Part shown: in pieces, positions 14,881-27,995 of the stretch
Layout: each line of letters opens with the position of its first letter
Position numbering within the stretch: position 1 is the stretch's first letter
Assembly: GCA_028023455.1 (NCBI GenBank)
Contig: JAQFVV010000010.1
Location: forward strand, 1,922,001 to 1,986,000
Direction of reading: 5' to 3'
From: Epiperipatus broadwayi
Taxonomy: Eukaryota; Animalia; Onychophora
Length of the DNA stretch: 64,000 nt
Program-made: the position numbers and the translations under genes
The notes under the pieces: generated by a model
What the model saw: only the letters and a program-made list of their open reading frames with translations
Databases searched by the model: none
Told to the model about the DNA's origin: nothing

Positions 14881-15589
14881 TTTGGGCTCCAGTAGTAGAG
14901 ATTTAAATATTGTGTTAATTCTATGATTGCTGCACCCTAGGTGAGTACATATGGCATTGATTTTTTTTATTTTTCTTGTTACATTTTTGTATTTTTTTTT
15001 TTAACTTTTTTTGTTTGTCTTTATAAAATTATGAAACCCAATTTTCATTTTACATGAAACTTTGCATATATATATATATTCCTGATAACTGCATTTTTTT
15101 AGATTTTGCTAACAATATTAGTGAAAAAAATTTAACTTTATGTGGTAGTCAGTATTTTATATAGTGCTGACATCTAGTAATATTAAATTATATCTGAACT
15201 TAATTCTTTCTTGCCTTCTGGAACTTTATAAAACATTAAAAATAAAGTTTTTTTTTTAAAAAAAGATGATTTTATTTATATAAATGCACTTAAAAATCAA
15301 AAATAGGTTTTCTTCATCTCTCCAGTAGTTTAGGTATTATGCAGACAAAAATAAATGTGGGGCAAAGAGTCATTTAAATAAACTTGTAAATAAAGACTAC
15401 TGTTTTGTATTAATGACCTTTTTTTTTTTAATTTGTTTGTTTTTAGTTATAGCAAACTAAGGTCTTTGATACTAGAAAAGGGGGAATTATTTGCAAATTT
15501 ATTTAAATGAGTTTTTTCTGCATGCTTTTATTTTGGTTACGTAATATGAAGAATTGAAGTGTTTGTTTAATTTTTCTATATACATCAAA

Positions 15590-15788
15590 CATCACATGAT
15601 CACCATTCTTTAAGCTTATACAAGCTGTTTTTCACATAGGCAAATCTTTCATATAGTAGCAATACTCAGTGCAAGCCAGAGTAATCAATGGATGCAGGAA
15701 GGTTTGTGCATAAAATTTCTATCTAGTGCCTACTCATCCAATATCCCCAGACTAGTTTCTAGCTTGTGGCTTTCATCAGTGAGGAGCC
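15590..15788 (-). mobile_element. Hammerhead-bearing short repeat (subfamily A), left copy
   Basis: Reverse complement of 18847-18985. It also shares its terminal segment AAACATCACATGA(T/C)CACCA with the copy at 55853-56138. Confidence 0.85.
15736..15788 (-). ncRNA. Minimal type I hammerhead ribozyme motif, intact core
   Basis: Minus strand reads ctcctca-CTGATGA-aagc cacaa gcta-GAAA-CTAGT-C-tggggat. Stem I is TCCTCA/TGGGGA, stem II AGC/GCT, stem III palindromic ACTAGT, with a GUC cleavage triplet (predicted cut between + strand 15750 and 15749). Confidence 0.75.
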
Positions 15789-15949
15789 AATAGGATTATG
15801 ATGACTGGTTATTAAAAAACCAAAGACATCAAAAAGTGTGGATGCTGAACTAAGTTAAGATCTATACAAGCCAATGAGCTTAGCTTGAAAACATTATTGT
15901 GTTTTCATTTTGGACTCAAAACTTTATAGTTAGCAAAAAATATAAAAGG

Positions 15950-18812
15950 TGGCTGCTGGAGGATTGCATTAGATTATGTATTGGTAGAGAAAGAGGGAAT
16001 GAATAAAATATGGAAAATTAAGGTGTTTGATAATGAAGAGAGAGTGTGTAATAGTGATCATAACTTTATTGTAATAGAAATGGTTAGTAATGTGATGGAG
16101 GATAGAAATAAAGGTAGAAATAATAGTGAAAGATGTGGATGGAGAGTGAATGATAAGAATAAGTTGGAAGAGTATAAAATAAAAGTTGAAGAAACCATGG
16201 AGCAGTTGGTTGGGGATGAGTATAAGGACTGGTGTGGTGAAGTAGAAAAAGTGGCAAATAGGGTTTTAGTCGAGAATATGAAGAAGAATAAAAAAAATAA
16301 AAAAATTTGAGTTAGTAAAAGTGTAAAAGAGAGGGAAAAAGCATGCAGAGAATATAAGTGTGCTATTAAGAATAAAGAAAATGAAAATGATATTAATGCT
16401 AAATGGGGAAAGTACTTGGAAAAGAAGAAGCTAGCTAAAATGGATAGTTATAGAGAGAGGATGAAGTTAAATAATAAATTGTTGGAGGATATTAATAAAA
16501 GTGGAAGAGATGGGAGTAAAAAATTTTGGAATTACATTAAAAGGAGAAATGTAGGGGAAAGGGCGATAGTATTAATAGATGATGAGGGAATAGAATGTAG
16601 CTCTAGAGGCGAGCTAGAGAAAATCTTAAATAGATATGTAATGGATATAGAAAAGATGTTAGATGTGAAGGAATTAGTGATAGAAAACATGAAAGCAGTT
16701 AGTAGTGGGAATATTAGGTTCACAAAAAATGAATTGAATGAGGCAGGAAAGAGATTGAAAAGTGGAAAGGCGAGAGGTTTAGATGGATGGGCAGCAGAGA
16801 TGGTAATGAATTTAGGGCATAGAGCAAAAGCAAAGTTATTATCATGTTTTAATAAGATGGCGCAGAAGACAGTTTTTCCGGGTAGTTGGAGTAATACAAG
16901 AATAAGATTATTATTTAAAGGAAAGGGTAAGGATCATAGAAAGTTAAATAATTGTAGACCGATAGCGGTAACATCAGTTTTATATAAAGTTTTCGCATAT
17001 ATGGTAGCTGGAAGAGTTGTAAAATGGATGGAAGAGAATAAGGTAGTGGGGGAAATGCAAGGAGGTTTTAGGTCAGATAGGCGTATAGGAGATAGTTTGT
17101 TTGTAGTTACACAATTTATGGAGATGAGTAGGAATTCAGGTAGATTGTTATATATGAGTTTTATAGATATAGAGAAAGCATATGATAGAGTAAATAGAAA
17201 TAGATTATGGGTAAGATTAGTCAATTTGGGAATGGATGAAGCTTTAGTAAATATTATTAAGAAATTATATGAAAATAATTATTATACTTACCAATTAGGG
17301 GATATAGAATCAGTTAAAGTTAAAAATGGAGTGGGATTAAGGCAAGGATGCCCTATGTCACCGATTTTGTTTTTGTTGTTTTTTGAGTGAAATGGAAAAA
17401 GCAATAGAAAGACTAGGAAGAGGGGTAGAGATACCATTAATAGGTGCCAAAAGAGTATATACTTTGTCTGGTCTTTTTTTTGCAGATGATATCTTTTTAT
17501 GTGCAGAAAGAAGAGAAGATATGGATATTATGTTGAGGACATGTGCAAGGGTGGGTAAAGGGATGGGGATTAAATTTAGTGAAGAAAAATCAAATATAAT
17601 GATGGTTAATACTGGGGAAAGAGAGGATGTAGTTTTTTTATTGGGGGATATAAAGTTAAGTGTGGTGGATAGATATAGGTATTTGGGAATCATCTTATGT
17701 AATCAGGAAAATTGCTTGGTTGAATGGGAGAAAAAAATGGTAAATGAAGCAAAGAAAAGAAAAGGTTTGATAAAGAAACTAACAGTATTTTCATATAATA
17801 AATATGATGTAGCTAGAATTGTATGGAAGGGAGTTGCAGTAGCAGGTTTAACATATGGTAATGATGCATTATGTGTTAGTAAAAGGATTTTAGATTATTT
17901 AGAGAAAGTACAAAGGGAAGTACGAATACATGCATTAGATGCAGAGATGTGGACAGCAAAGGAGGCAATTCAAGGAGAAATGGATGGTCAAGTTTCTATA
18001 TGAGAGATGCAAAAAGTAAAATGAAAATGTTTGGTAGGTTGCAGTTTATGGATAGTAAAAGAATAGCCAAAATAGTGTTTAATTGGGTTATGAGTAAAGG
18101 GCAGGTAACAAGATGGGTGAGAAAGGTAATGCGGTATGCAAAAGATTTGGATAAAGAATTTATATCGGTATACTTGTATAAAAGGTGGGATGATTGTGTT
18201 AGGAGGATTGTTGAGTGTTATAGTGGTAAGGAATGGGATAAAAGAATAGAAGCATTAATAAAAAATAGGGAGTTGGAGAGATAGAGAAGTAGTATGGAGG
18301 GTAAGAAGAGTTTAAATATATATAGAAGTAAACGGAATATTGGAAGCGAGTTAATTTATGATAATAGTAAGGAAAGTAGTTTATTGTTTAAGGCTCGAAC
18401 GGGATCTTTAGCAACAAGAGAATATACATGTAAATGGAAAACTATGGATGATTTAGCGTGCAAATTGAGTAAGGAAGGTATAGAAAATATTAGGCATCTG
18501 TTGATTGAATGTAAATGCTTGAAAGCAGAAAGGGTACAGATAATGAAGTTATGGGAGAATAGGTATGAACAAAGTGACAATACAGAAAGTGAGTTAGTAG
18601 TTTTTATGCTAGGTTTGCGAAAAGATAAGGGGGATTTTGATTTAAAGGCCATAGAGTTGACAAAGATTATGTTGTGGAAATGGGATGGGGCAGAATATGG
18701 GAAGACTTAGAGTGGGGAATGGAAAATAAAGTGGCTAACAGGTTTATCTGGGCATAGTTGCTGAGATATTCTTAACTTCATTTAAGGAGAAGCCAAATAC
18801 ATCACATCACAT
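15950..18812 (+). mobile_element. 5'-truncated non-LTR retrotransposon ORF2 (APE end - RT - CCHC knuckle), disrupted by 2 stops and 2 frameshifts
   Basis: ORFs 15981-16310, 16416-17390, 17383-18003, 17949-18284, 18294-18710. Motifs: ALDYVLV/NSDHN (APE), LKSGKARGLDG, NCRPIAVTS, QGGFR, FIDIEKAYDRV, GLRQGCPMSP, FFADD, YRYLG, CKL..EGIENIRHLLIEC. The 3' tail is (ATCAC)n at about 18801-18812. Confidence 0.93.
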
Positions 18813-18985
18813 CCTAAGATCTAGGTGCAGTTCTCTCAGATCCAAAGCTCCTCACTGATGAAAGCCACAAGCTAGAAACTAGTCTGGGGATATTGGATGA
18901 GTAGGCACTAGCTGTGGAATTTATGCACAAATTCCTCCAGTGATTACTCTGGCTTGCACTGAGTGGCACTACTGTATGGAGAGTT
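18813..18985 (+). mobile_element. Hammerhead-bearing short repeat (subfamily A), right copy
   Basis: Inverted relative to 15590-15788, with 65 nt identical across the ribozyme part. Confidence 0.85.
18840..18898 (+). ncRNA. Minimal type I hammerhead ribozyme motif, intact core
   Basis: atccaaagctcctca-CTGATGA(18855-61)-aagc cacaa gcta-GAAA(18875-78)-CTAGT-C(18884)-tggggatattggat. Stem I is TCCTCA/TGGGGA plus distal ATCCAA/TTGGAT, and stem III is palindromic ACTAGT. The 10.1-11.1 position is an A-A mismatch. Confidence 0.78.
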
Positions 18986-19899
18986 TTGCTTTTGTATGTG
19001 CGTATATATATATTCTAACCCTGTCTTGTGCATCTTCACTTCCAGATAATATATGATATGAAATAAAACGGGTTCTAGCTCAGTTAATAATTAATAAATA
19101 AAATATTCAGCATTAAAATTAAAATGTTTCACTAGCTCAAATTTAAAATACGAATAAGGTTCAGTTTATAAAAAATAAATTAAATAAATATTTCATATTT
19201 TCATGAGACTTGAAGTGATAATACAGGTGACAAGATAGATTATATTGAGCAAATATCCCACAGGATACTACCTCAATAGCATAAGAACACTATCCCCCCT
19301 TATTACTATTTCAAATAACAAACTCATAGTATTCTTATGACTTTAATAACTTCTACTCACTAAGATTAAGTTAATAATTAAATCTTAATCTTCTATTTGT
19401 AATAATCTAGCTCAAATAAAATAATCTCAGGTTCATAAAGTTTATTCTAAGTTAATTTAAAAATACGGTAGTAAAATATGAGAAGGGATTTTATGTCATA
19501 ATCTACTACACTGAAACTAATAATAATGATAATATTCTTCATAGTTTAACTACTACTGGATATCTTTTCTTTTCGTTATATTTTTATTACCATAATAAAA
19601 TAATAAAATAATTTTATATAATCTTTTACCTTCATGTAATAATATAATAAATACGTGGTAGCATATGATAATCTGATAAACAAAGGATGTGTGACAACTG
19701 ATAGCATATAATTCAGTATACTATTGTGATAACTGATTTATGACCAATAAAATAATGTAAAATTATAATTATTTAATTAAAAGAATACCAATAAAATATT
19801 TAAATTCTTAAATATAACTCTCTATTTATCTTTTTGTGCAAAATTATATTTTTGTTTCAATTGTTATGAATATATCGTGATTTCATGCAGTGAAGTGGA

Positions 19900-22800
19900 G
19901 AAATAAACAATCCAGACACAAAAAATTTGAAAACAATTTTTAACAAAGTTTATTAACAACAACAAATAAAATAAACAATTTATGTACACTATTTACAATG
20001 GATATCCTTATCTTATTCTTACATTTTTATCTATTAGGTTATAAAAAAATAATTTATAGTTTACTTATATCTTTATTTAAACTTAAGACAAAATAAAATG
20101 TTACTATTTGATTTCTCGTTATGGTTAACTTATTACAAATATATTTATTTATTTTATTAGCAAAATATTTCATCCTTAATATTATTAAACTATCCTATTT
20201 TTAAAACATTCATAGGAAAACATTCTACAGAAAACAAAATTAATTTTATAATGAGTATGGATTTCTTAAAATATTAAAAAAATTTTATCTTGCAAAGTCA
20301 AAGATGTTACATAAAATATTCATCCAAAATTCAGTACCAGATTTTAGTGTTTTATCACACGATTTTTACTAATCATAATACATTCTTATTTAGCCTTACT
20401 TTAGTATGATATAAGTGTAATAATCAATATACTCCTGTTATTCAATGAACAAAAATATACTATGCATATTGTTTATATAATTTACTTTGTACTATTGTAT
20501 TTTAAAAATATGCAATACTTATTTTTCCTCAAAAAAAATAAAGCATTCAAAAATAATCAACATTCTAAAGAAAATATCTTGTTTAGATACTCTATTTTAA
20601 AAATTTATATTTCATTTCCGAAAATAAATTCAAAATATATTCTATGATTCTTTCCTTTCCTTAGGATACTTTGGACCTTCAATTTCAAGTTATAAATTCT
20701 ATTCCTTCTAAGCAAATAAACTAATCTTATACAAAACGATAGCATAACCTAAGTTCTAAATTATTTATCATTTCTTTTCAAAATATCTTACTGAACGATG
20801 CAGTTACATGAAATAAAGATAGCGAAACAGATGTATAGGATTTAAGGAAGAAAGCTAGAGTATCACTCTTAATATATCTCAAAAAAAATCATGGCACAGT
20901 GCAAAGAGGTATGACCTTTACCTGTCTAATAACCTCTAATACATGAACGATGTTAAAACTACTTCTTCAGCTTTATTTAAAACATCAAATATTTAAAGAA
21001 ACATAAAAACACTGTCCAAATAAAATGTGTATCAGTCATAGGGCTTTGTTAACTATGCTGATAACCACATAAAGACTAAATATTATTTCTATTCCTTATC
21101 ATATCCTATTTTTTAAAAAAGTACATCATCTTGGTTTCCTGCTAACTATAGTACTTCCAAGCCACTATCTCAACATTATTTCTTAAGATTTTTCTACATC
21201 TTACATTGATAAATAACTATCTGCATTTACAAAACAATAAATAAAATTCATTGATAGTTTAAAACAATTTCACTGTTCCATAAGAAAAGTTTGCTTACTT
21301 CATTATTCTATATGTTTAATCATATACAATCTACTTAGACAATATTTGAATATCCAATAATATGAAAGTTCTAAAAGAATCACATAATTATTTGTTATTA
21401 TGTTGGATTATATCACTAATATATAAAAAAAATAATCGTCGTATGCATATTTTCAAATCAATTCTATCTCATATTGTTTTTTTAAAATGTTGTATGAAAA
21501 TGCGTTACATATAATTAAAACTTTTACACTTCATTCTTAGATTCATAGATGATCTAAAGAAAACAAAAATATACATTATAAATTATTAATAGTTATTATT
21601 ATTACCAAATAACCTTTATCTGGTCATCATATTCAGTAGGCTTCTTCATCCACTAGATACCAATCATTGCAAACGTAAAGAAATATACATTCATACACTA
21701 TTTTAAAATGTTTTTATAAAAAATTATTAAATTATGATAATATAAAATTCTAATATTAATAAATTAATGTTTTCCTAATCTTATAAAAAAAAAAATTAGA
21801 TTTAAACTAGGTTAATAAAAATTTAAAACTATAATTACGCATTTCTTCCACCAATTTTTTTTACTTGACAATAGTTCATGATAAGTCCCAAAAAAAAAAA
21901 TGTTTATTACTTTCTCTAGAGTTTTAAAATGTTCTCCTCCAAGCGTGTTAAAGTTTAAAAATAAAAATAATTATTAATCCATTTAGTAAAATTTATAGAA
22001 AATAATCCTGGGTCTTTACTGTTCAGAATGAAAATTATTAAACTGTAATATTAAAGAATTATTCCGTCGAAGTTTATTCAATATTCTCTGATGCATCACT
22101 CTGTTCAATTTAACTTAAGTTATCCGGTAAACTTTTACACAATATTTGTATTTTCATGGATCCATCCTTTATTTATCTACTATATGTTCATTTTTTTTTA
22201 ATATAGGTTTTATTTCTTAATAAGTTCTTTTTAATTCTTGTAAAATATATATTTTAAAAAAATGTTTCCTTCAAAAAGGACTAAACATTCTATTTCTTTC
22301 ATTATATTTTATGATAACTCATACGATATAAATATCTTATTCTTTTTTTAAAAAAAAAAAACTCCTGGATAAGCTTATAAATAATGCGTCACAAATTTTT
22401 TTTTTAGATGGCAAATAGTTTTCTGTTTAAGCTTCCAGCATAATGCCCGAATTATTTTTATATGAGTTAGAATAATCCTCCGGTTGAGCATAAATAAAGC
22501 TGTATTATAATTTAAACATATTTTATTTCGTAATATATCCATCTCTATTGCGTAGTTTAGGTTAAACTTCAGATAAAATACTCCTGGCAAGTAACTTTTA
22601 AAAAACTAGAAAATCATTTCCACGAAGTTTCTAAATATATTATTTTTTTAAAACTCTCTTTTGCAAAATACTTTAAAATTATCAATTAGTTTTTTGCAGA
22701 TAAAGTTATAAGAAAGTACTAAAAAATTGACTAAAATAAAAATTTAAAAATACTATCTCTTTGATAGCTATAATTTACCTTTCTCTGGTTTCAATACATT

Positions 22801-23500
22801 ATTAATCTCCTCTTATACCCCCGTGCAATTCGTATTTATAGTCTGTAAGAATACCTCATTTGATTGGGTGATTCTTACTTTTAGCTTGAGAACAAATTTA
22901 CATATATTTTTAGTTTTACAGAATTATATTTGAAAATAAAAATTTATGACATAATAACTCAAAATATTATTTAAAATATTACTTTCAGATTGATTATTAC
23001 TTTATCAAAATTATTTAAACATTTAAAATAACTTTTAAAATAACTTTAATAACCTATTCCATTCTTAATATTCAATTTATCTAGTTTTATTTAAACAAAA
23101 TATTTTAATTTTTTTATTAACTGTATTCGTCTTTATTACATTATTTAAAACATTACATACGATAGTTAACTTAATATTTATTATTATTTGCTTTTATGAT
23201 AGGCAATAATTCTATCCAATTCTATAATATAACTTTTAAAATATTTTAAACTTTGTTATTAATTCAAACAAGCATGTGTGTGAAAGTATGTAATATACAA
23301 GTCACATGATTAATAACTTTGACAGATGATTTTTAATCTATTTCTCTGCCCAGATTTATAAAATTGATACACTTATTATATTTAATAATATAATTATAAA
23401 AATTTGGAAAAATAATTTAAAATATAGAACTAAATACAATTTTCATCATCATAAAGTTTATATTTAAAATGTACTATATTAATTTTAACTATTAAATATG
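19900..23500 (-). mobile_element. Heavily decayed Ty3/Gypsy pol relic
   Basis: Minus-strand remnants near 21000-21110 (LTKPYD.YTFYLDS, RT-RNaseH connection-like) and 20650-20720 (YLLRRNRIYNLK, RNaseH-like), plus a DxxKGY-like RT motif near 21610. No open frames, and the boundaries are approximate. Confidence 0.4.
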
Positions 23501-25227
23501 ATTATAAATTTAAACATAGCATTTATTAACTATAAGTTTTAAACTATTAAAATCGAATTTTTTAAATATACTTTTAATAATTATAGCTGTGTTATTTAAT
23601 ATGGCCAGCTTTTACAACCATATGCAACAATATTTTAAAGCTTTACATAACTATTTTTAAATGATTCATTATAATTTTATATACTACGTATTTTCTTTAG
23701 CTTCAAATTATACTTTATAACATAATTGACAAACTATATTTAATAAATCAAAAGAACATATTCTAAAATTTAAAATTTTTAGTAATTGACTGTTATGAAC
23801 TATTACTGATCTATAGAAAAGAGCACAATATATGTTACACTTAAAGGGTATTTGTGTTATTAACATTTAAATTTTATTATAAATTGCTTAACTACCAGTC
23901 TTTATAGACTTATGATCTTCAAAATTACATATATGTTTTTTTGTTTTACACTTTCATAATGAGTTTGCTCTAATCTTTTTTTATATTATACCTCTTAAAT
24001 TTTTATTTATACGATTATATTCTTCCCATTTACATGGTTAGTGATATATATTATTTTTCTGCTTTTTAATTTTTTTGTTTTATCTACTAGTTATTTAAGC
24101 TAGGTGAGCATTATATGCATATATTACATTAAAATATTTTTGATACATTTTATTATATTGCCTTCCATTTATATGGAATGCAGTATATGTCAAGAAATTA
24201 TTATTATCTTTTTTTTTTTTTTAATTTATTCTTGATTTTTTTTTACATTATTGATAATATAATTTTGTATTCTACTCTTGCATTGTGTTTCTATAGTACC
24301 TTACTTAATGCATCTTGGCACTGTGTTATTTATATATAATTTGTCATTTAATATAAATAAAATGTCCGTTAATTAGAACAAAATTGTAATAAAAATAATA
24401 AATATAATGTAATAAACTATTATAAAAGTCTTTTAATCTGCAGAATTACTTTCTGTTAATTTCTTAAACCTGTTTCTACTGCCATTAAACTATTTTTATT
24501 ATGATTATAATTTGTCATTTCTATATAGAAAGCTTCTTAATGTTGATGAATAATTTAAAAACCTGTCAACCATTTGAAATAAAAACTCAAGTTCTGATAG
24601 TAAGAATATTGATGATATTGTTCTTATGCATATACTTAGTACTGGATCACACTTATACTTTTCAGACCTGAAGAGCGATCAAATTACTTAACCAAACTAT
24701 TAAATTTGATTTCTTAAGTAGATTTAGGTAGTAGGGTTCTAAGATAGTATTCAAACCTCATATGCATGAATATATTTAGGCATATAAAGTCTTAAATTTA
24801 AAATTTAACTATTTAGATTAAATACAAAATGCTAAAGTCAATAAATGATCACAAGAGAACAATTTAAATGGCTGTAAATTTGAATATAAAAAAAAACATA
24901 CAGAACTATTTTTTAATGTGAAACTACTTATGATGATTTATTTATTTATAAACAAAAATAATAACAGCATCAAATGTCTAAAAAAAAACTATTATAATTA
25001 GTAAGGTCAAAATATGAATCAACAAAATAAAAAAAGAAAACATTGATTCAATTAATAAAAAATAATATATTTAGCATTAAAAAAAATCATTATTATATTT
25101 ATAACCCTTCCTTCATGAATTATCAACTAAACAGTGTATTCAATAAAAAATAGTTGTTTTTATTTAAAATAAATATCAATCTTATTATATAAATCTTTAA
25201 AAATTATACCTTTTCAAAAATAGGTAT

Positions 25228-26445
25228 AACTACAAAACTTCTACTGTTCAAGTTAATATAAAAAGCTAAGCATAATGCCAAAATAAGACTTAAGAGCACT
25301 GAGCTAGTTTTCTGAAGATTGTTGCCAGAATCATAGTGCTAAATTGATCTGCATCATTAAATATATATATAGCAGCAAAGATCAATATGTAAATAAAGCC
25401 AGTATGCAAATTAGACATTCCATATTTTTGACAATGGGACACAGGAATCTTTTCTATTAATAGAATGAGGATCCCTGGCAATAGCCCAAGCCTCTTTATA
25501 TTTTCTTTTCCTATTATCCTTCTCTGCACATATTGTTATAACATTAGAAGAAGGAAATATATATCCTGAGCCTGCTCATGATCAAAAAAATCAATTTGTA
25601 TTCACAATTTATTTTTGCTTTATTATACAGATGTGTGCTGGGTGAGTCTCGATCTGTTAATGCAAGATTACTTGTAATACATTGAGCTACAGGCTGGGGC
25701 AGTGCATGAGATTTTGTATAGAACCTGGAGAGTATGTTCAAAAGGAATTCTGTCTTTTGTGTTGTTTAAAAGATTCTTGAGAGAGGGGAGCAATCTGAAT
25801 CCTACTGTGAAAGTATCTGTACAATGAACCTTTGAAAGATCTGTCTGGACACTTTCAGAGTGGGATTCAGATCACCCCCCTCTCTCAACAATTTTTTAAA
25901 CAACATAAAAGACAATTTCATTTGAACAGGCTCCCCAGATTGTATATAAAATCTCATGCCCTGCCCAGCCTATAGCTCAGTATATTATGAGAAATCTCAC
26001 ATTAACAGATCAACGAGAATCACCCAGCACCCATATTTGTATAATAAAGCAAGGATAAATCATGAATGCAAATCGATCTTTTTTTTATTACGAGCAGGCT
26101 ACAGGACATGTTTCCCCTCTCTAATGTTATAACAATATATGCAGAGAGGAATTATATAAAAAGAAAATATAAAAAGGCTTGAGTTTTTGCCAGGGATCCT
26201 CATTCCATTAATAGAAAAGATTCCTGTGTTTCACTGTCAAAACAAATGGAACATCTAATTTGCAAACTTTGCTTTATTTACATATTGATCTTCGCTGCTA
26301 TAGATACATATTCTTAACAATGCAGATCGATTTAGCACTATAATTCTGGCAGCACCTTGCTGAAATCTAGTTCAGTGCTCTTAAATCTTATTTTGGTGTT
26401 ATGCTTACCTTTCATAGTAACTTGAATAGTACAAGTTTCATAGTT
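25228..26445. repeat. Long imperfect inverted repeat (fold-back), ~590-bp arms, ~35-40-nt loop near 25815-25850
   Basis: For example gaatcctactgtgaaagt / actttcagagtgggattc at the apex and aaataagacttaagagcactgagctag / ctagttcagtgctcttaaatcttattt near the base. The arms pair colinearly. Confidence 0.92.
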
Positions 26446-26869
26446 TAACCTTATTATAGTGAATAAATTAGAAGTGGAGGCAATAGTGAATTATCAAGTG
26501 GTATTTTCTTGCAGGTTGATATAAGTTTTGACCATTTAAACTAACACTGGCAAAACCACACATATATAGTAGACAAATTATTTTTAATTTATAAACTTTT
26601 AATTGTGTGTGTTCATATGTGTATATGCTTTGGATTTGTAGATTATGAAAAGGCATTCAATTCTATAACATTTCTTCATGGATTAAAGTTTTAGATCACC
26701 CAAGATATTATCATATTCTGAAGAATATTTACCAAAATGCAACTTAATAATTAGATTACATAGTGATACTAAAAAGTTCACCACTAAGAAGGATTTATGA
26801 CAAGATAACTCCATATCTTCAAAAAATTTTATAATAGTTCTGCAAAAAGTATTTTGTGGATTAAAATAG

Positions 26870-27565
26870 GAAGCTAAGGGAGTAAATGTAAATATAGATT
26901 ATTTAAGTCATCTAGATTTTGAAGATGATGTAATTGTTTTGCAAATAATGCTGTAGAGCTTCAGCAAATGTAAGAATTATCAGATAAAATAGGACTAAAG
27001 ATAAATGCTAAAAAGTCTAAAGTAATGTTTAATGGTTTTTTCACAAAAGAAGGAATAAGTATTGATAATGTTGAATTGGAAGAAGTTAACAATTACAAAT
27101 ATCTTGGTCAGATTATTAATTTAGATGAATTTTTTGGTAGAAATAATATTAAAAGAAGATTTGCTTATATTTTACCAGTTCTTATTTCTGAATCTGAGAC
27201 TTGGATATTGAATAGAAGAGCAATACAGAGACTGACTACTCAACAAAGTACGAATAGTTGTATGTTATGAGTAATAAGAAGAAATCAAAAATGAAATATA
27301 TGAATAAGGGCACAAACTGATATTATTGAAAGAATTAGAAAATTGAAATGGAGCTGGTCTGGACATACTGTTAAAAGAGGTGATAGTAAATGGACAGTTG
27401 AAATCTAAAACTGAAATCGAGATTGTAAAAGACTTAGAAAGAGACCATATGATAGATGGACGAAATAAAGAAGCATGCTAGGATGATATGGAGAAAAAAA
27501 GCTAAATATCAGAAACTGCATTCAACTTGGTAATTGATAATGATTGAAAATTATGTTGATGATGG
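26870..27565 (+). mobile_element. RTE-clade LINE 3' fragment
   Basis: LSHLDFEDDVIV (FADD-like), YKYLGQII, ILPVLISESETW, LKWSWSGH, KRLRKRP..RW, and a GAT-rich tail. Confidence 0.85.
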
Positions 27566-27944
27566 GGAAAGACTTAAGTGTTTTATAAATGATGGGAGAT
27601 TTGTCAGAGATAATCAAAATACATTATTTTGAGGATTCAAACCAACATATTTGATTATTATTATTATTACTACACAAAAAAGATATGAATTGTGTAATGG
27701 TCATCTTCCAGATTAAAAATATATCATATTTTTTAATGATGTTATTTGAGATGAAGAATTGATAGACAGTTGGAGAATATTGTAAACTGTCAGTGTATTT
27801 TCATCTATCTATATAAAAAAAACTTCAAATTGCGGTAAATTAATCCATTAAACATAGATCAATCTCTTACTTTAGTTATAGGAAATTTCTTAGTCTATAT
27901 ATCATCACTCGCAAAATAAGCTCTTAACAAGCTTTGAGAATATC

Positions 27945-27995
27945 CTCAAGTCCAGACCAGTTTCTGCTTCTGGCATCATCTGTGAGGTGCCAGGA
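27945..27995 (-). ncRNA. Hammerhead motif, one core substitution (CAGATGA)
   Basis: Minus strand: gcacctca-CAGATGA-TGC cagaa GCA-GAAA-CTGGT-C-tggacttg. Perfect 3-bp stem II; U4->A is probably inactivating. Confidence 0.6.
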
